Origin: Phoronis australis
Taxonomy: Eukaryota; Animalia; Phoronida
Direction: 5' to 3'
Assembly: GCA_002633005.1 (NCBI GenBank)
Contig: NMRA01000094.1
Span: 832,597-896,596 of the forward strand
DNA: 64,000 bases
A program made the translations under genes and the position numbers. The notes beneath the pieces were generated by a model. It saw only the letters and a list, made by a program, of their open reading frames with translations. It searched no databases and had not been told where the DNA came from. This document shows, piece after piece, positions 1-13,772 of this stretch. The stretch's first letter is position 1. Each line of letters opens with the position of its first letter.

Positions 1-482
1 TAGGTCATGTAGCATTTTGTGGCCGTGTAGGATGTTACTCTGATGCCGCGAGGAGTTAATGTGCCCCAAAACGTCTTAGAGCCTGCCCTTAATGAAGGCA
101 TGGTGTCACTTGAAGGCGTAGTAATGGGTTAAGAATGTAGCTTACCATGAGTGTGTTTGCTTTAAGGATTGGCACCTTACCTTAGTATCTTATCCTGGCT
201 TCTAAATGTTCATGCAGTGATATTGCATGCCTTGTGACACCAATTACTGTAAAATCTGACCTATTTAGGACAGAATATAGTGGACAAGTGAAATTTTTTT
301 TGGTGTTTTCTTAAATGATAGGTATCACCAAAGAAACGCTTTAAATTATACAACATGGCTTCCATCAAACAATTTTTGAGAAAATGTGGGCATTCACAAC
401 TTAAAAGCCTTCAAAAATGATAAAGGGTCAATTTTGGCAACTTTTTGTCCGAAATAGGTGAGATTTTTCATTTGTACCGTCA

Positions 483-1073
483 GAGGTCCTAAAGTCGTGA
501 ACGATCTTATTTCCTCTTCTGCGCAGTCCCGCGATATCTGGCATTGAAGTTTCCAGCGTTCGTCTGCTTACGAACATCAAACGAATACCCGGACGTATTG
601 GTATTCACAATATGATAACAAAGTCAGTGGCTTCTTTTTTCAAATGTATCTTAAAAACAGCATATTTCACTAATCCATTTTTTGTGCATTTTTGGAATAT
701 ATTTTCGAAAATATTCATCGTTCAGGTTTACTCAAACACGCGCTCCAGGGGTAGCTTGTACAATGTATCAAAATGTCCCAGGGTCGATAAAGTTTTGTAA
801 GGCCAAAGCAATAAAAAGGCCAAAGCAATAAAATACAGAGCGATAATTGATGGTGGGTTCTTAGCGTTTTACGTGAACAACCTCATTGAAAACGTCTGTG
901 CACATCAAAGTTGGGTGGAAAACGCATAATTTATTTCGATTAAAACTGAATTAATAAACAATGCAATGCGTTTTTATGTCATCTAGAGTAACTGCAAGCA
1001 CTGTAATTGATCTGTGCGGTTTTACTTCGTGCATTTCTGTCTATTAACGAAATGGTCACGACTTTAGGGCCTC
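483..1073. mobile_element. Non-autonomous TIR element (MITE)
   Basis: GAGGTCCTAAAGTCGTGAACGAT at 483 is an inverted copy of ATGGTCACGACTTTAGGGCCTC ending at 1073. No ORF. Confidence 0.5.
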
Positions 1074-1290
1074 ATTCAAAGTGTCCAGCGATATCAGCGA
1101 CCGTTTCAAAACTCTGCTTACAGAGACAAACAAGGATTAAGATTGTCAAAACACGTATATTTGTGAAGGCTGATATATGTCTATGACATCATGTGAGCAG
1201 TTGCTAACAGACATTGGGTAGTATGACAATCAGCTGCTTATTATGCTTATATTCACGACTTTAGGTCACCGGTGTGTATGTATCTTGCAG

Positions 1291-4200
1291 AGTCGACAAC
1301 AGATGGCTCAGTTAAATAATGACTTGAAAGAGACCAGTGAGCGGCGACGTTCATCAACATCTCAGCCTGTAGGTGGCGCTGAAATGCCCCCACCTTATCA
1401 AGAATACTCTACTAATACTACTCGTAGTCAACGAAGCGATGAATCCATGGGTGAGCCATACTAAAGGATTCCGTATTGACTTTGGTTCTTTGTTCTTGAA
1501 GAGTTAAAACACTGACACAAATGGATTAGATATTTTGATGAGTTTGTTGTAAGCTGCTGGAAACCGGTCCATTATAGTTGTTGGCATAAAACCACAGTGT
1601 ATAAAAGGCATCTGTATTTTTACCACTCTCTTTTGTTTGATGACTGGGGACAGACTGTGCTCCCCCATTCAAATTTTGCTACATTCTTTGTGGTACTGTG
1701 TAGACAAGTCAACTTGCTCCATGACAGTTACTGTGGCAAGTTACACAATATATGTGGCAACATATACAGTTGAAATGTGCAATATTTCACTTATCCTCTG
1801 TTGTACTGGTAGTTAACCAATTTTTGCCATTCAAACAATAAAAAAGTTCAGTTTTCAATGATGGATTTAGTTTTATATAATGAGCATGGCTAAGATGGGC
1901 AGGGAAAGAATGTTGCCACAAACAGACCATGGTAGTTACTAACGCTCATCTCTGTTCCATCAGTTATTGTGGTAAGTGCAGCTTATACCAGTCCAACCAG
2001 TTGGAAGCATTCATAGTTGTTGAGAGGTGTCATGTAGCACCAGTCATACAGATGTGCACTCTGACCAAGGCTGTCACAATACAATTGACTTGTAATAGCT
2101 CAGTCAGAGCTCTAAGTCATCTATCTACCGTCATGATTTACACTGTCTGGTTTAAACACTAGAGAAGAACCTCCTGCATTACACTACATACTGTTGCGTA
2201 TTATTTCCAGGCACTGCCACTCCTAGAGACTGCAGTATAGAGAACCTGTCACATACTTATGTACTCACTAACTCTGCAGACGACCTCCGTAACACTGACA
2301 AAGTGAACAAGAAGAAAAATATGAAGACATTGCTGGCAGGGTCACTGTCGAGAGTGTTCACCAAGTCACGCAACAGGAGGTCATTGGCTGTAGATTGCCC
2401 CTCTATGTTAGAAGGTATGAGTGAAGATGCTATAGAACGGCCCCTCTATGTTGGGTGAGTGAAGGTGCTGTAGAGCGGCCCCTCTGTGTTGGGCGAGTGA
2501 AGGTGCTGTAGAGCGGCCCCTCTGTGTTGGGTGAGTGAAGGTGCTAAGGGAGTGCAGGTGTACTGTTTTCTTGGAATAAATATTATTTCCTGGTTAAAAA
2601 CAACCCAGACAATTTCCTGGATGTCAATACATCAAACTGCTGTCCAGTAGAGGATGCTTACCTGACTAGGGCCAATCCCATTATTCACCAGTTTGGGTCC
2701 AGGTTGCCGGTGGTGACTTAAGCCACTAATGTTTACTCAGGATAGACCTCTGCCAGTCATTTGAACTTAAGCTCTTGTTGCTTGTGGCTCAGGTCTGTGG
2801 TGCCATTAAATTTAACTTTTTTGTTTTTAAGAACGATAATCATTGTGGTTCGCAGTGCTATTTAAGTTTGAGACAGAGGTATATAGTGCTATTTAAGTTT
2901 AAGACAGAGGTATGTAGTGCTATTTAAGTTTAAGACTGAGACCAATATGATCTGCTCATGATCGTGGATAGTTTGCTACCTTTTTCTATTCTAAAAAATC
3001 TAAAAAGCACATTTTGGGTCATCTTGTTAACATGATGACAGCACTTGATTGACTTCACCAATACTGCTGTGTCCACCGGTTAAGACATCTGATTGTTTCT
3101 CGATGACGACCTTCGGCTTACAAACCAATCCGATGTCAGTGAAGTGAGCCAAGTGCAGCCAATGTGAACAATGCTAGTGATGTTTACTACTTAGTTTCCC
3201 AGGCTGAAACGAATAGTGTTGAATGATGCACATGTATTTGTGGTATGCATAATTTTTTTAAAATGTTTTTTCTCATAATTCCTTAAAATTCAGACATGTT
3301 TACCCCATAACCCTGTATGAGACTGAAGTCTACTGAATTTTATTGCCATATTGGTTGAACCAGTGTTTTTTATTTTTTTTTTAGATCTTTGTGTGTTTTG
3401 TCTGGGAATTTTAGGAAACGTGAATTGTTCGTGGGTAGTTGGACCTCCATTTATGTTAGGTTTGCATGACCGGTTTATGTTCACCTCCAGTTTAAGTATG
3501 ACTATGCTGCTCTGATGTTGCCTCCTTTTACCAAAGTGTACTGCTTTCTTGTATACATCAGCCCTGTTGTACCAATGTGTACTGTTTTGGGGACAGTTTA
3601 TTTAGGAATACCATGCAGGAAGAATTCTGTAGGTTTCAACATCAGTTGGACATTGGCTCTCATGAGCTGAAATAACCATGATATTCCGTTGCTGTGTACT
3701 AATTTAACAAAGATGCGGCGTTAAGGTCTGTTGAATTGTAGATATTATGGCACACACTATTCTGTTGTGTCATTGCAGGTCAAGAGAGCCTTTTGTCTGG
3801 AACTTTTCGTCTTGCAACGCTAAACCAAGAAAACTATCAAGAGAAGTTGAAGGTAGTGGAGCAGATGAACGGAGTACCCCCCGGGCTGTGGAAAGCTAGT
3901 CAGGTACTAGCCTGGTTGGAGATCACTATGAACATGCCTGTCTATGGGGGAATGTGTGCAGAAAATATCAAGAGTGGAAAGGTGAGGCTGGGTCATGTGA
4001 ATTGTCAGTGTTGGAATGGGTGAAATGAGTGCGTGTCATGCTCTGCTTTTACTCTGAAATTTAGGTTCATTAAGGGTGTATTGGTCATGTTCTTTAAGGA
4101 TCGGTCAGAACATAAATATGGCTTGCGGTGACAAGATTTAGTAACGGAACAATTCCTTAAAGGTAAGTTTTCATTTCAATATTAAAGAATTCAATTCACC

Positions 4201-7200
4201 ACAACCCATAATATTTTCAATGAAATATGATGGATAATGTGCCAAAATATCTGACATTAGGTCGCTTGACTGTAAGCTTCTTAACAAGAAGTTTTGCTCT
4301 TTTAACGACCTTGCCTTTTCAAATAACTGATAATACCCTGTCCAGTTTGTAGAATCCCTGAAGCCCAGAGATTTTATTAGATTCATTTTTCGTTATGGTC
4401 TTTCACTCATTGTGGGTCAAATCTTCCCTTAGTATGCAATAATCAGTTGCATGCTTTGTCTTTACATTTACTATTCATCCAACGTGACAGCTTCTCTACA
4501 CTCATCGTTTCTGCTCTGTTCTCTGCAGGTGCTGCTGGGTCTTAGTGACAGTGAGTTGGGCTCAGCTCTTGGTATCTCTAATACTATTCATAGGCGCAAG
4601 CTACGCTTAGCTTTGGATGATCTCAGGGAACCAGAAAAATGGTAAATGTAAAAGAAATCTCAAATAATTGATGCGCACTGCAGTTAGTGTCTACTGTGCA
4701 CAATTAGTCATGTCTGTGAATTAATATATATGCCGTGAACTGTATCTCCAAAACCACTTCGAAGATTTTCAAGAAAGTTGGGAGAAAGGTGTTTCTTTGG
4801 AGCTTAGGATGAATGGCGATGACTTTTGGATGGATCAGACTACCCCTGTTTGCCTCTGTATCTTCAGAGTTCCATGACTGATCTTCATGAAATTTGGCAT
4901 TAGATTTCTTATTAACTAGTTGACAACACCTTCCCATTTTCGGACGGATTTGATGTAAACTGCACCACCTGTTTTTATTGTTGTGGCATCGACGTATCCA
5001 TCTGCCAAACGGCTCTAAGGATCAGTATACTGGACAGTTGTGTGCTTTCCCAGACAATGCCCGACACTGATTTTCAATGTGTCTAACTACAGCGGTGCTC
5101 CTAGTGGTAATTAAACTTTTGCATCTTTATTCTGCAGCTGTATCTCAACCCCTTGCACAATCTTTATGAAAATTGTCAAGTGTTTCTCTATGAATGTAAA
5201 TATATGACAATGACTTTCTCACATATCTGACTACTGCTGTGCCCTTAGTGGCAGTATTATTTTTATGCGCCCACATATTTATATGTGGACGCATTATGCC
5301 GTCATCTCTGTCCGTCCGTCCGTCCGTCCGTCCGTCCGTCCGGGCGGCGTCCGTCCGGCGTCTGGCGTCCGGCGTCCGCTGCTCTATCTCCAAAACCCTT
5401 TGACATACGTTCATGAAATTTGGCACATGTGTTCCATTTATGAATGGGACGGCATGTGCGAACTTTCGGACGGATCCGACCACCGGTGTGCCCCCTAGTG
5501 GCAATTTTAGTTTTTTACGCTTACCTTTGTATCTTCAAAAGTCCTGAACGGATTTTCATGAAATTTGGTAAGTAGGCACCTAGTAGTGAGATGACGCTAT
5601 CCTGCCGTTTTCGGATGGATTCGACATAGTTTGCGCCACCTAGTGGCCATTTTTACTGTTTTCGAGTCTGTTTTTGTGCTTCCACCCCTCTATCAACCAA
5701 ACCGCTCAAAGGATGATTGTGAAAATTGGTATGTATGTGCTTACTATGTAGAGGACGGTTGACGATGNNNNNNNNNNNNNNNNNNNNNNNNNNNNNNNNN
5801 NNNNNNNNNNNNNNNNNNNNNNNNNNNNNNNNNNNNNNNNNNNNNNNNNNNNNNNNNNNNNNNNNNNNNNNNNNNNNNNNNNNNNNNNNNNNNNNNNNNN
5901 NNNNNNNNNNNNNNNNNNNNNNNNNNNNNNNNNNNNNNNNNNNNNNNNNNNNNNNNNNNNNNNNNNNNNNNNNNNNNNNNNNNNNNNNNNNNNNNNNNNN
6001 NNNNNNNNNNNNNNNNNNNNNNNNNNNNNNNNNNNNNNNNNNNNNNNNNNNNNNNNNNNNNNNNNNNNNNNNNNNNNNNNNNNNNNNNNNNNNNNNNNNN
6101 NNNNNNNNNNNNNNNNNNNNNNNNNNNNNNNNNNNNNNNNNNNNNNNNNNNNNNNNNNNNNNNNNNNNNNNNNNNNNNNNNNNNNNNNNNNNNNNNNNNN
6201 NNNNNNNNNNNNNNNNNNNNNNNNNNNNNNNNNNNNNNNNNNNNNNNNNNNNNNNNNNNNNNNNNNNNNNNNNNNNNNNNNNNNNNNNNNNNNNNNNNNN
6301 NNNNNNNNNNNNNNNNNNNNNNNNNNNNNNNNNTGGTAAATTTGTTTTTAATTCTATGTTTCTGTGGTGCTTTAAGCAACTGGTGTATAGGATGTGCTTG
6401 TATTATGAAGATTACTCACATTTTGCCCCTAGCCTATTGAGGAGACAATGACCATGCCTTTCCATTTTGCAAAGTATGCCCTCTACTGGCCACTTTATGG
6501 TACCAATAAACAACCCTAGAAGGATACCGTATGCGGTGCAATTATGGGCGCATTTCAACGCTCCGCGTTGCTCTTGTTTAGATTGGGCTTTGCCAAGTGG
6601 AGGAGATGGCGACACTTTTCCATTTTCAGATGTATAATATGAGCACAGCCCCATTAATCACTTTGGCATTATATCCAGGCTCTCATTCATTCCCTTGCTT
6701 ACATTCACTAGTAAAACCGAACTCAGAGGAGTAAGAGACACTTTTGTGCAGTTCTCGATTGTTTTCCAGTAAAACCAGGATTCCGACGAACCTGAGTCTC
6801 AATGTTTTTGTATCAATCAAATGTTTTTGTATCAATCAAATGTTTTCGTATCAATCAAATGTTTTCGTATCAATCATATGTTTTGGTATCAATCAAATGT
6901 TTTGGTATCAATCAAATGTTTTCGTATCAATCTCATGTTTTCGTGTCATTCACATGTTTTCGTGTCAATCAAATGTTTTCGTGTCAATCAAATGTTTTCG
7001 TGTCAATCGTATGTTTTCGTATCAATCGTATGTTTTCGTATCAATCTCATGTTTTCGTATCATTCACATGTTTTCGTATCAATCAAATGTTTTCGCATCA
7101 ATCGTATGTTTTCGCATCAATCAAACGTTTTCGTATCAATCAAACGTTTTCGTATCAATCAAACGTTTTCGTATCAATCAAACGTTTTCGTATCAATCAA

Positions 7201-10200
7201 GTGTTTTTGTATCCAATCGAATGTTTTCGTATCATTCACAGGTTTTCGTATCAATCAAATGTTTTCGTATCAATCAAGTGTTTTCGTATCCAATCAAGTG
7301 TTTTCGTATTATTCACAGGTTTTCATATCAATCAAATGCTTTCGTATCAATCAAGTGTTTTCGTATCCAATCAAGTGTTTTCGTATTATTCACATGTTTT
7401 CGTATCAGTCAAACGTTTTCGTATCAGTCAAACGTTTTCGTATCAATCAAACGTTTTCGTATCTATCAAATGTTTTCGTATCAACCAAATGTTTTAGTAT
7501 CAATCAAATGTTTTCGTATCAATCAAATGTTTTCGTATCAATCAAATGTTTTCGTATCAATCAAATGTTTTCGTATCAATCAAATGTTTTCGTATCAATC
7601 ACATGTTTTCGTATCAATCACATGTTGTCGTATCATTCACATGTTTTCGTATCAATCAAATGTTTTCGTATCAATCAAATGTTTTCATATCAATCAAATA
7701 TGGGTGTTAAGTGTGCATTGAAAACGTTCAATGTGCAGCAGCAATTCTTAGATGACCACTGAAGTAGTTTAGGTGCTAATGCCTAGTTTTCCAAGTTTAC
7801 TTTTGTTTCAGTAAGTACCCCAAGTGTGCCTTTAGTGACCACACTTGGGTGGCTCATCGTTGGATTCAAGACATAGGCTTGCCTCAGTACAGTGATATGT
7901 TCCAAACACAGCTTATTGATGGTCGTCTGCTCAACTCAATGGCCAAGAAGGACTTAGAAAAATACCTCGGTATCAGTCGAAAATTCCACCAAATCAGTAT
8001 TTTACATGCTGTAGAATTACTCAGGAGATTGAATTTCGACAGGGAGGTGAGTTAATGTCAGGCAGTCACAATACTTTTGTTGATTTATGTCATCCTCATG
8101 TTTCAGTCAACATGGTAAACATGGTTGATGCAGGAAGGAAAATTATGTTTTTTCAGTGTAGAATGTTTATACAAATGTATGACGTTCTAAGCTTGGTAGT
8201 AGTGTTGCTCTGACTAATTTTTTTTTACTTGGCGAAAGAATTTTCGCCAAGTATGTTGCTCTGACATCAAGTTTGTTTCTTTTTTTGTTCGCACGATACG
8301 GGTTGCAATTTTCGTCCGATCCCCACGAAATTTACACACAACATGTAGTTCCCAAAAGTACTGGAACCCTATTGTTTTTCGTCATAATCGGATGTGGGCG
8401 GCCATTTTGGCTTTCAATTTCAGATTCAAATGCTCTTGGAGGCTATAATTTTTTACGTACACAGCTGAAAGTTGGTACAATTATTGCTTATGATGTGCTC
8501 TAGGCGTGTGCCGCAAATCATTTACTTCCGGTTAAAGATGGCGGAAATATCGGCAATTATGCATGTGCACCTCGATTTCGGGCTAAAAACATTTTATCCT
8601 ATAGAGTGCGCATTATTGGACCAATTGCTTCGAAAGTTTTCAAGTGCTTGGTTTTTTGTAACAAGCTATTTTACCGTGCTGAGAAAGTGGAAGTTCCTTT
8701 CAAGATGGCGGATCTATTGCATGTTGACCTATTTTCAGTCGTGCTGGGGTGTCATTTTAAACGTGAAAAGAATATGACATGAATTTTTGCATGTGAATTC
8801 TCTGGGGTATAGTCTTTCAATTTTTTTCTCAGACTTGCCGTTTTCGAGTTATTTGACTTTGAATTTCAAAAAAAAACCACAAAATTTCAAATTTTTGGAA
8901 AATTTTACGGAAATGTGCGAAAGTTACCTGTTAGAGTGTTAAGCGGGATTTTAGAAGATATTTTCTATTTTTCGCTAGGATGTCTACTTTTTGAATTATT
9001 CAAAATTTCCTGAAAACGCTGTGCCTTTGTTGACCGATTTTGATACACTATTGTTAGTTTACCTCCTATTGAACAAGACTGTAGCCTATTTCGTACTGAT
9101 TTCTGACATCTATGTTGGTCATATGAATGTTATCACATTGTCCACCACTGCCACCATCGTCATCTTAGTCATCATCTCCATCGTCGTCTTCAGTGAATTT
9201 CGCCAAGTGTTGCTCCTCAGGCCTTTATGCAGCGTACGTCCTGGGCGTCCAAATGGACACCCTAGCACTAATATGGACGCCCAGGCAAGGACGCCCAATG
9301 TATAATTTGGACTCCCACTATCAATAGGAACCATTCAAGTTTGGACACACACATTGTAATGATTACTAGGAAGCCTATGAAGACTCACAGTGGTGGCTCT
9401 TTTTCAAAGCAGGAAGAAATATACAATGTATCTACAAAGTATATACAATGTTGCTATGCTCACACTTGGTTGATAGCATTGGATAGTCTTGGTCTACAGT
9501 TTTTTTTAGTAAAAATGCTCACTACAGAAGGCTGTTTTGTAAACTTAGATGTAAAAACCTTGGTCTATGCATTTTTTTCTAAAAACATCTGTGTGTTTGG
9601 GGGGATTGCTGGGGGTGGGGGGGTTAATGCATCGGAATCATGGACGCCCTGGAGTATTGGGAACCCCATTTTGGACACCCTATTTTTGAAATCCTGGATA
9701 AAGGCCTGTCGCTCCTCCAAGCACTATTGAACAAGACTATGGCCTATTTGTTGCTCATTTCTGACATCTTCATTCGTCATATTAATGTTATCATATTGTT
9801 CATTATCGCTACCATCATCATGATCATAGTCATCGTTGTCATCTCCATCGTCGTCTTTTCAAGGTTAATTTCGCCAAGTGTTGCTCCTCTGAGCGCTTTC
9901 ATTTTCTTGTTTTTTTCCCACAATACAGGTCGCAATTGTCATCCAATCCTCACGAAATTTATACGCAAGATGTAGTTCCAGAAGTACTGGAAGCTTATTG
10001 TTTTTCGTCATAATCAGATCCAAGATGGCAGATGTGGTGGCCATTTCGTTTTCAATTTCAGGTTCAAATGCTCGCAGAGGCTGTAATTTTTGACATACAT
10101 GGCTGAAAATTGACACGATTATTGTACCGGAGGTGTGCTACAGATGTGCTAGAAATCATTTATTTCCGATCAAAGATGGCAGAAATAGCAGCCATTGCGC

Positions 10201-13200
10201 ATGCACAGCTCAATGTTGGGACGAAAACATTTTGTCCTGTAGAGGGCGCATTGTGGGATCAATTGCTTTGAAATTTTTCTTGTGTTAGTTTCCCGCAACA
10301 AGCTATTATCCAATGCCGAGTTTCCGGAAGTTGCTTTCAAGATGGCGGATCTGGTGCATTTTGACCCATTTTCAGTTGTACTGGGGTGCCATTTTGAATG
10401 GGAAAAGAAAATGATGTGAATATTTGCATGTGAATTCTCTGAGATATGCCCTTTCAGATGGCCTGCAACAATTTTTTTCTCAGACTTACCGTTTTTGAGT
10501 TAATTATTTTAAAAAAAATGCAAAATTTGAAAATTTTCGAAAATATTACGAAATTTAGTGAAACTGATATGTTAGATAGAGTTTTGAACGGGCTTTCAGA
10601 AGGTATTTTCCATTTTTTGCTTGGACATCTACTTTTCAAATTATTCGAGATTTTCTGATAACGCTGTTTCTTTGTTGACTCATTTTTGTTGGTTTACCCT
10701 CTATTGAACAAGACTACGGCCTACTTGTTACTCATTTCTGACTTCTTCGTTCGTTCGTCATATGAATGCTATCATATTGGTCATCATTGCCACCATCATC
10801 ATCATAATCATCGTCGCCATCATCACCAATGTCTTCAGTTTATTTCGCCAAGTGTCGCTCCTCACTTTCAGTTTTATGTTTACTTAAGCTAGTGCCATTC
10901 AACTTCTTGGCTTTATTTTTTGCGCTCAGATTCTTCAACTTTTTATTTTTGATTTAAATAGTTTCATGTGGTGACAAAATTGTTGTAACGATAAACTTGT
11001 TAACAGTAGAAGTATTGTGACAGTTGTTACTGTGTCTACCAGGTGCTGACAGATAGAAGAACTCGAAGCAGTGATAATGAGAGCGATCCCATTGTGTGGA
11101 CAAATGAAAGGGTGTGTGATTGGGTCAAATCTATAGACCTTGAGGTGAGTGAACTGATGTGGTTTTCATTATTGTTAACACTTTTCACTGATTTATAGAG
11201 ATACAGTACATTAAAGACTGCTCCTTATTTAGCATTGACCAACTACTGGTAACAAGTGCAGGCTGAACACACATGCTCACGTAATCACACTATCCTTAAC
11301 TTAATTCACTTTGGTATTCAATGTGAACATTGCCTTTTTTGAAATTGTTTTGGTCACATTAATGTAGGTCTGAAAAGTATTTTAATCTTTCTAGTCAATT
11401 TTTATAAAAAGGAGCATAACGGTTATTGAAACAGGAAACAGTGTATGTCTGACCAACTGAAAGGCTATTGTATTACTTTTAGTACCTGTTTCTAACATCA
11501 TCGCTCCAGTTAAATGGTTAATGTTACGTAGCAGGTATCAAATTGAAAATGGGCTCACAACACTACCATTGAGTTGAGTTATGAGAACAGTTCAGTTGTA
11601 AGAACAGTTCAGTTATGAGAACGGTTCAGTTATGAGAGCGGTTCAGTTATGAGAACTGTTCAGTTATGAGAACAGATCAGTTATGAGAACAGTTCAGTTA
11701 CGAGAACAGTTCAGTTACGGGAACAGTTCAGTTACGGGAACAGTTCAGTTACGGGAACAGTTCAGTTACGGGAACAGTTCAGTTACGGGAACAGATCAGT
11801 TACGGGAACAGTTCAGTTACGGGAACAGTTCAGTTACGGGAACAGTTCAGTTACGGGAACAGTTGAGCTACGGGAACAGTTCAGTAATGAGAACACATCT
11901 AACTGTCATCAGTTGACATTTTGAAAACTTGATCAATTTGTCATACTTATTGTTTGAGGAATTGTTTCTATCGATGTCATAGTGCATGGAAGACAAGTAA
12001 AGCTTCAAAATACCTTTCATAGTAATTAAATTGCCTTTTATAAAAATATACATTCAAAAATGTCATGTTACCCTTTGACTTTGTTAAATGCTCTCAACTG
12101 GCTGCTGCTGATACGAAGGACATTGCGTGTTGACCTCATGTCCTACATTTATGTTGATTGCAGTATGTGCTGTCCTCTGTTGTACAATTATGTTGATTAC
12201 AATATGTGTTGCCCTGAGTGGTACATTTATGTTGATTACAATATGTGCTGCCCTCTGTCATACATTTATGTTGATTACAGTATGTGTTGACCTCTGGCTA
12301 CACAATTGTCACTTTTCACTCTGTTACAGGAGTACGCCATCAACCTTAAGGAGTCTGGTGTTCACGGAGCGCTTATGGTGCTGGAGCCCTCCTTCAATGC
12401 AGAGACACTGGCCACCGCACTTGGCATCTCTCCGTCTAAATCTTACATACGTCGTCATCTCACAACAGAATTTGACTCACTTATAGCTCCTGTTAGGTAC
12501 GTAGCAGGTATATTATTAATGTAATATTTACAATGAGGATAGCCATAGTGTAGAATACAGGCATATTGTTTTTAAAATCATGATACTTAGTGCATGTTCT
12601 GTGCAAATGTTAGACGCGCTCATTTCATCTCAGATCTTTCTACGGTTGTCTACATTTATATGTGTGAATTAATCTCATCCTCAATTCATTGACATGATAC
12701 CCTCAGAAACACCTGCTTTTTGATATTGAATCTTGAAAATTAAAAATGATTGGAAGTTTGTGAGACACACTGTGGTGAACTGTACTGCCTCTCCAGTTTT
12801 ACCCCCAATTCCAGCCCCCTTCATCGTTTCATAGTTATATCTTACAAGTCACACATTAGTGTTTGTGATGGCTGCGAAGATTTCCCGTGTCTGAGAATAA
12901 AGTGTTCCTGTTGCCTTTGGTAGGTCAGCACTGGAGGCGTCATTTAGTGGTAAGAAGAGAACAGGGGGAGGGTCATTGGGCAGATCATTCCATAAAAGTA
13001 TCAAGACAGATACAGAGTCCAGCAAGAAAAAGCTTGTGTTCAAGGTAAGTAATACATGAGTGATGGTGATGACAGGTTTTGCCCCTCCCCCCATCTTTTC
13101 TTTTGCCCCTCCCCCCATCTTTTCTTTTGCCCCTCCCCCCATCTTTTCTCAGTCACACTTATGTTGAACATCAGGGTCGTTAGAAGCGAGGGAATTGGGG

Positions 13201-13772
13201 GCACGTGCCATCTAGTAATTTGCAGGCATCTGGGTTAAACTGTGGTATTCGGCATAGTGTGGGGCATAGTGTGGGGCATAGTGTGGGACATAGTGTGGGT
13301 CAAGAAAAGAAAGACATGGACAACAGAGAGAATATTTGTTGGTAGGGGCCCCATTTTTGCAGCATAGATCTTTAAGTTTTAAATGCTTAGCAAGGACTAT
13401 TTGGTTTGTACCCCAATATTTTTTTACCTTTATACTCCTCGGAAAATGACTCCACCACTTCTAAGAGTGTATACCTGGCAGCTGTATGATGTCTATGTCT
13501 AGCCTTGAGTCAGATATTTGTGTTTTCAGTAACTACTCAGTACAAAAACTAGCAAAAAATAGTTTGTGTTAAAAGTTCTCTAATGTCATATTGTACCTCT
13601 TTATTTAATTCTTTTACAGGGTTCTTTGGGTCGTGCTTTTAGCCGCAAGGCAAAACAAGACTTATCAGTGGCATCCCTCAGCACAACCGCCGACTCAACT
13701 GATTGTGATAAATCCAATTCATCCACAAGATCCCACTCATCCAGAGACCAGTTTCAGGGCATTGTAGTTTAA
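1291..13772 (+). CDS. KAZN: Kazrin-like protein (liprin-related, three SAM domains), 3' portion; 5' exons lie upstream of the window
   Basis: Nine AG/GT-bounded exons with consistent phases: 1291-1450, 2211-2414, 3779-3981, 4529-4641, 7812-8046, 11043-11144, 12330-12496, 12924-13044, 13620-13772 (TAA). Total 1458 nt. Peptides: KKKNMKTLLAGSLSRVFTKSRNRRSL (like the kazrin basic/GSISRVF segment); SAM1 WKASQVLAWLEITMNMPVY..ENIKSGKVLLGLSDSEL..HRRKLRLA; SAM2 DHTWVAHRWIQDIGLPQY..IDGRLL; SAM3 DPIVWTNERVCDWVKSIDLEEYAINLKESGVHGALMVLEPSF. Confidence 0.88.
2386..2546 (+). repeat. 38-bp minisatellite copied from the kazrin exon/donor junction
   Basis: Unit GCTGTAGAGCGGCCCCTCTGTGTTGGGTGAGTGAAGGT, about 4 copies. 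The first copy is the exon end. Confidence 0.85.
5259..6578 (+). mobile_element. Helentron-associated (HINE/DINE-1-like) element, family A, copy 1 (spans N-gap)
   Basis: T-run, then 5' palindrome ATGCGCCCACATAT-TT-ATATGTGGACGCAT and a (GTCC)n microsatellite. The 3' end has subterminal TGGGCGCAT, stem-loop CAACGC-TCC-GCGTTG and CTCTTGTT. 5263-5767 is near-identical to the reverse complement of about 32710-33185. Confidence 0.75.
6799..7698. repeat. 19-bp satellite array (ATCAATCAAATGTTTTCGT)n
   Basis: About 900 bp of tandem copies with minor variants. Confidence 0.95.
8221..10870 (+). mobile_element. HINE-like element, family B, with about 1-kb internal tandem duplication
   Basis: T-run plus 5' palindrome ACTTGGCGAAA-GAAT-TTTCGCCAAGT. 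The motif TTTCGCCAAGTGT(T/C)GCTCCT recurs at about 9198, 9868 and 10843. 8280-9215 and 9905-10865 are diverged copies of each other. Confidence 0.6.
9218..9708. mobile_element. hAT-like MITE nested in the family B element
   Basis: 15-bp TIR CAGGCCTTTAT(G/C)CAG. 8-bp TSD TTGCTCCT (9210-9217) / TCGCTCCT (9709-9716), one mismatch. Confidence 0.75.
11575..11895. repeat. 17-bp minisatellite (GAACAGTTCAGTTACGG)n
   Basis: About 18 tandem copies. Confidence 0.95.
12130..12295. repeat. Minisatellite of about 39 bp
   Basis: TACATTTATGTTGATTACAATATGTGCTGCCCTCTG-like unit x4. Confidence 0.85.
13077..13299. repeat. Short tandem repeats (24-bp x3 at 13077-13146; 13-bp x4 at 13250-13299)
   Basis: Units TTTTGCCCCTCCCCCCATCTTTTC and GGCATAGTGTGGG. 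Confidence 0.85.

Noticed and set aside
5726-6451. ORFs spanning poly-X
   Set aside because: Assembly N-gap. The same applies to 38234-39139.
6744-7762. Three long overlapping ORFs (325, 231 and 313 aa)
   Set aside because: Products of a stop-free 19-bp satellite inside a kazrin intron.
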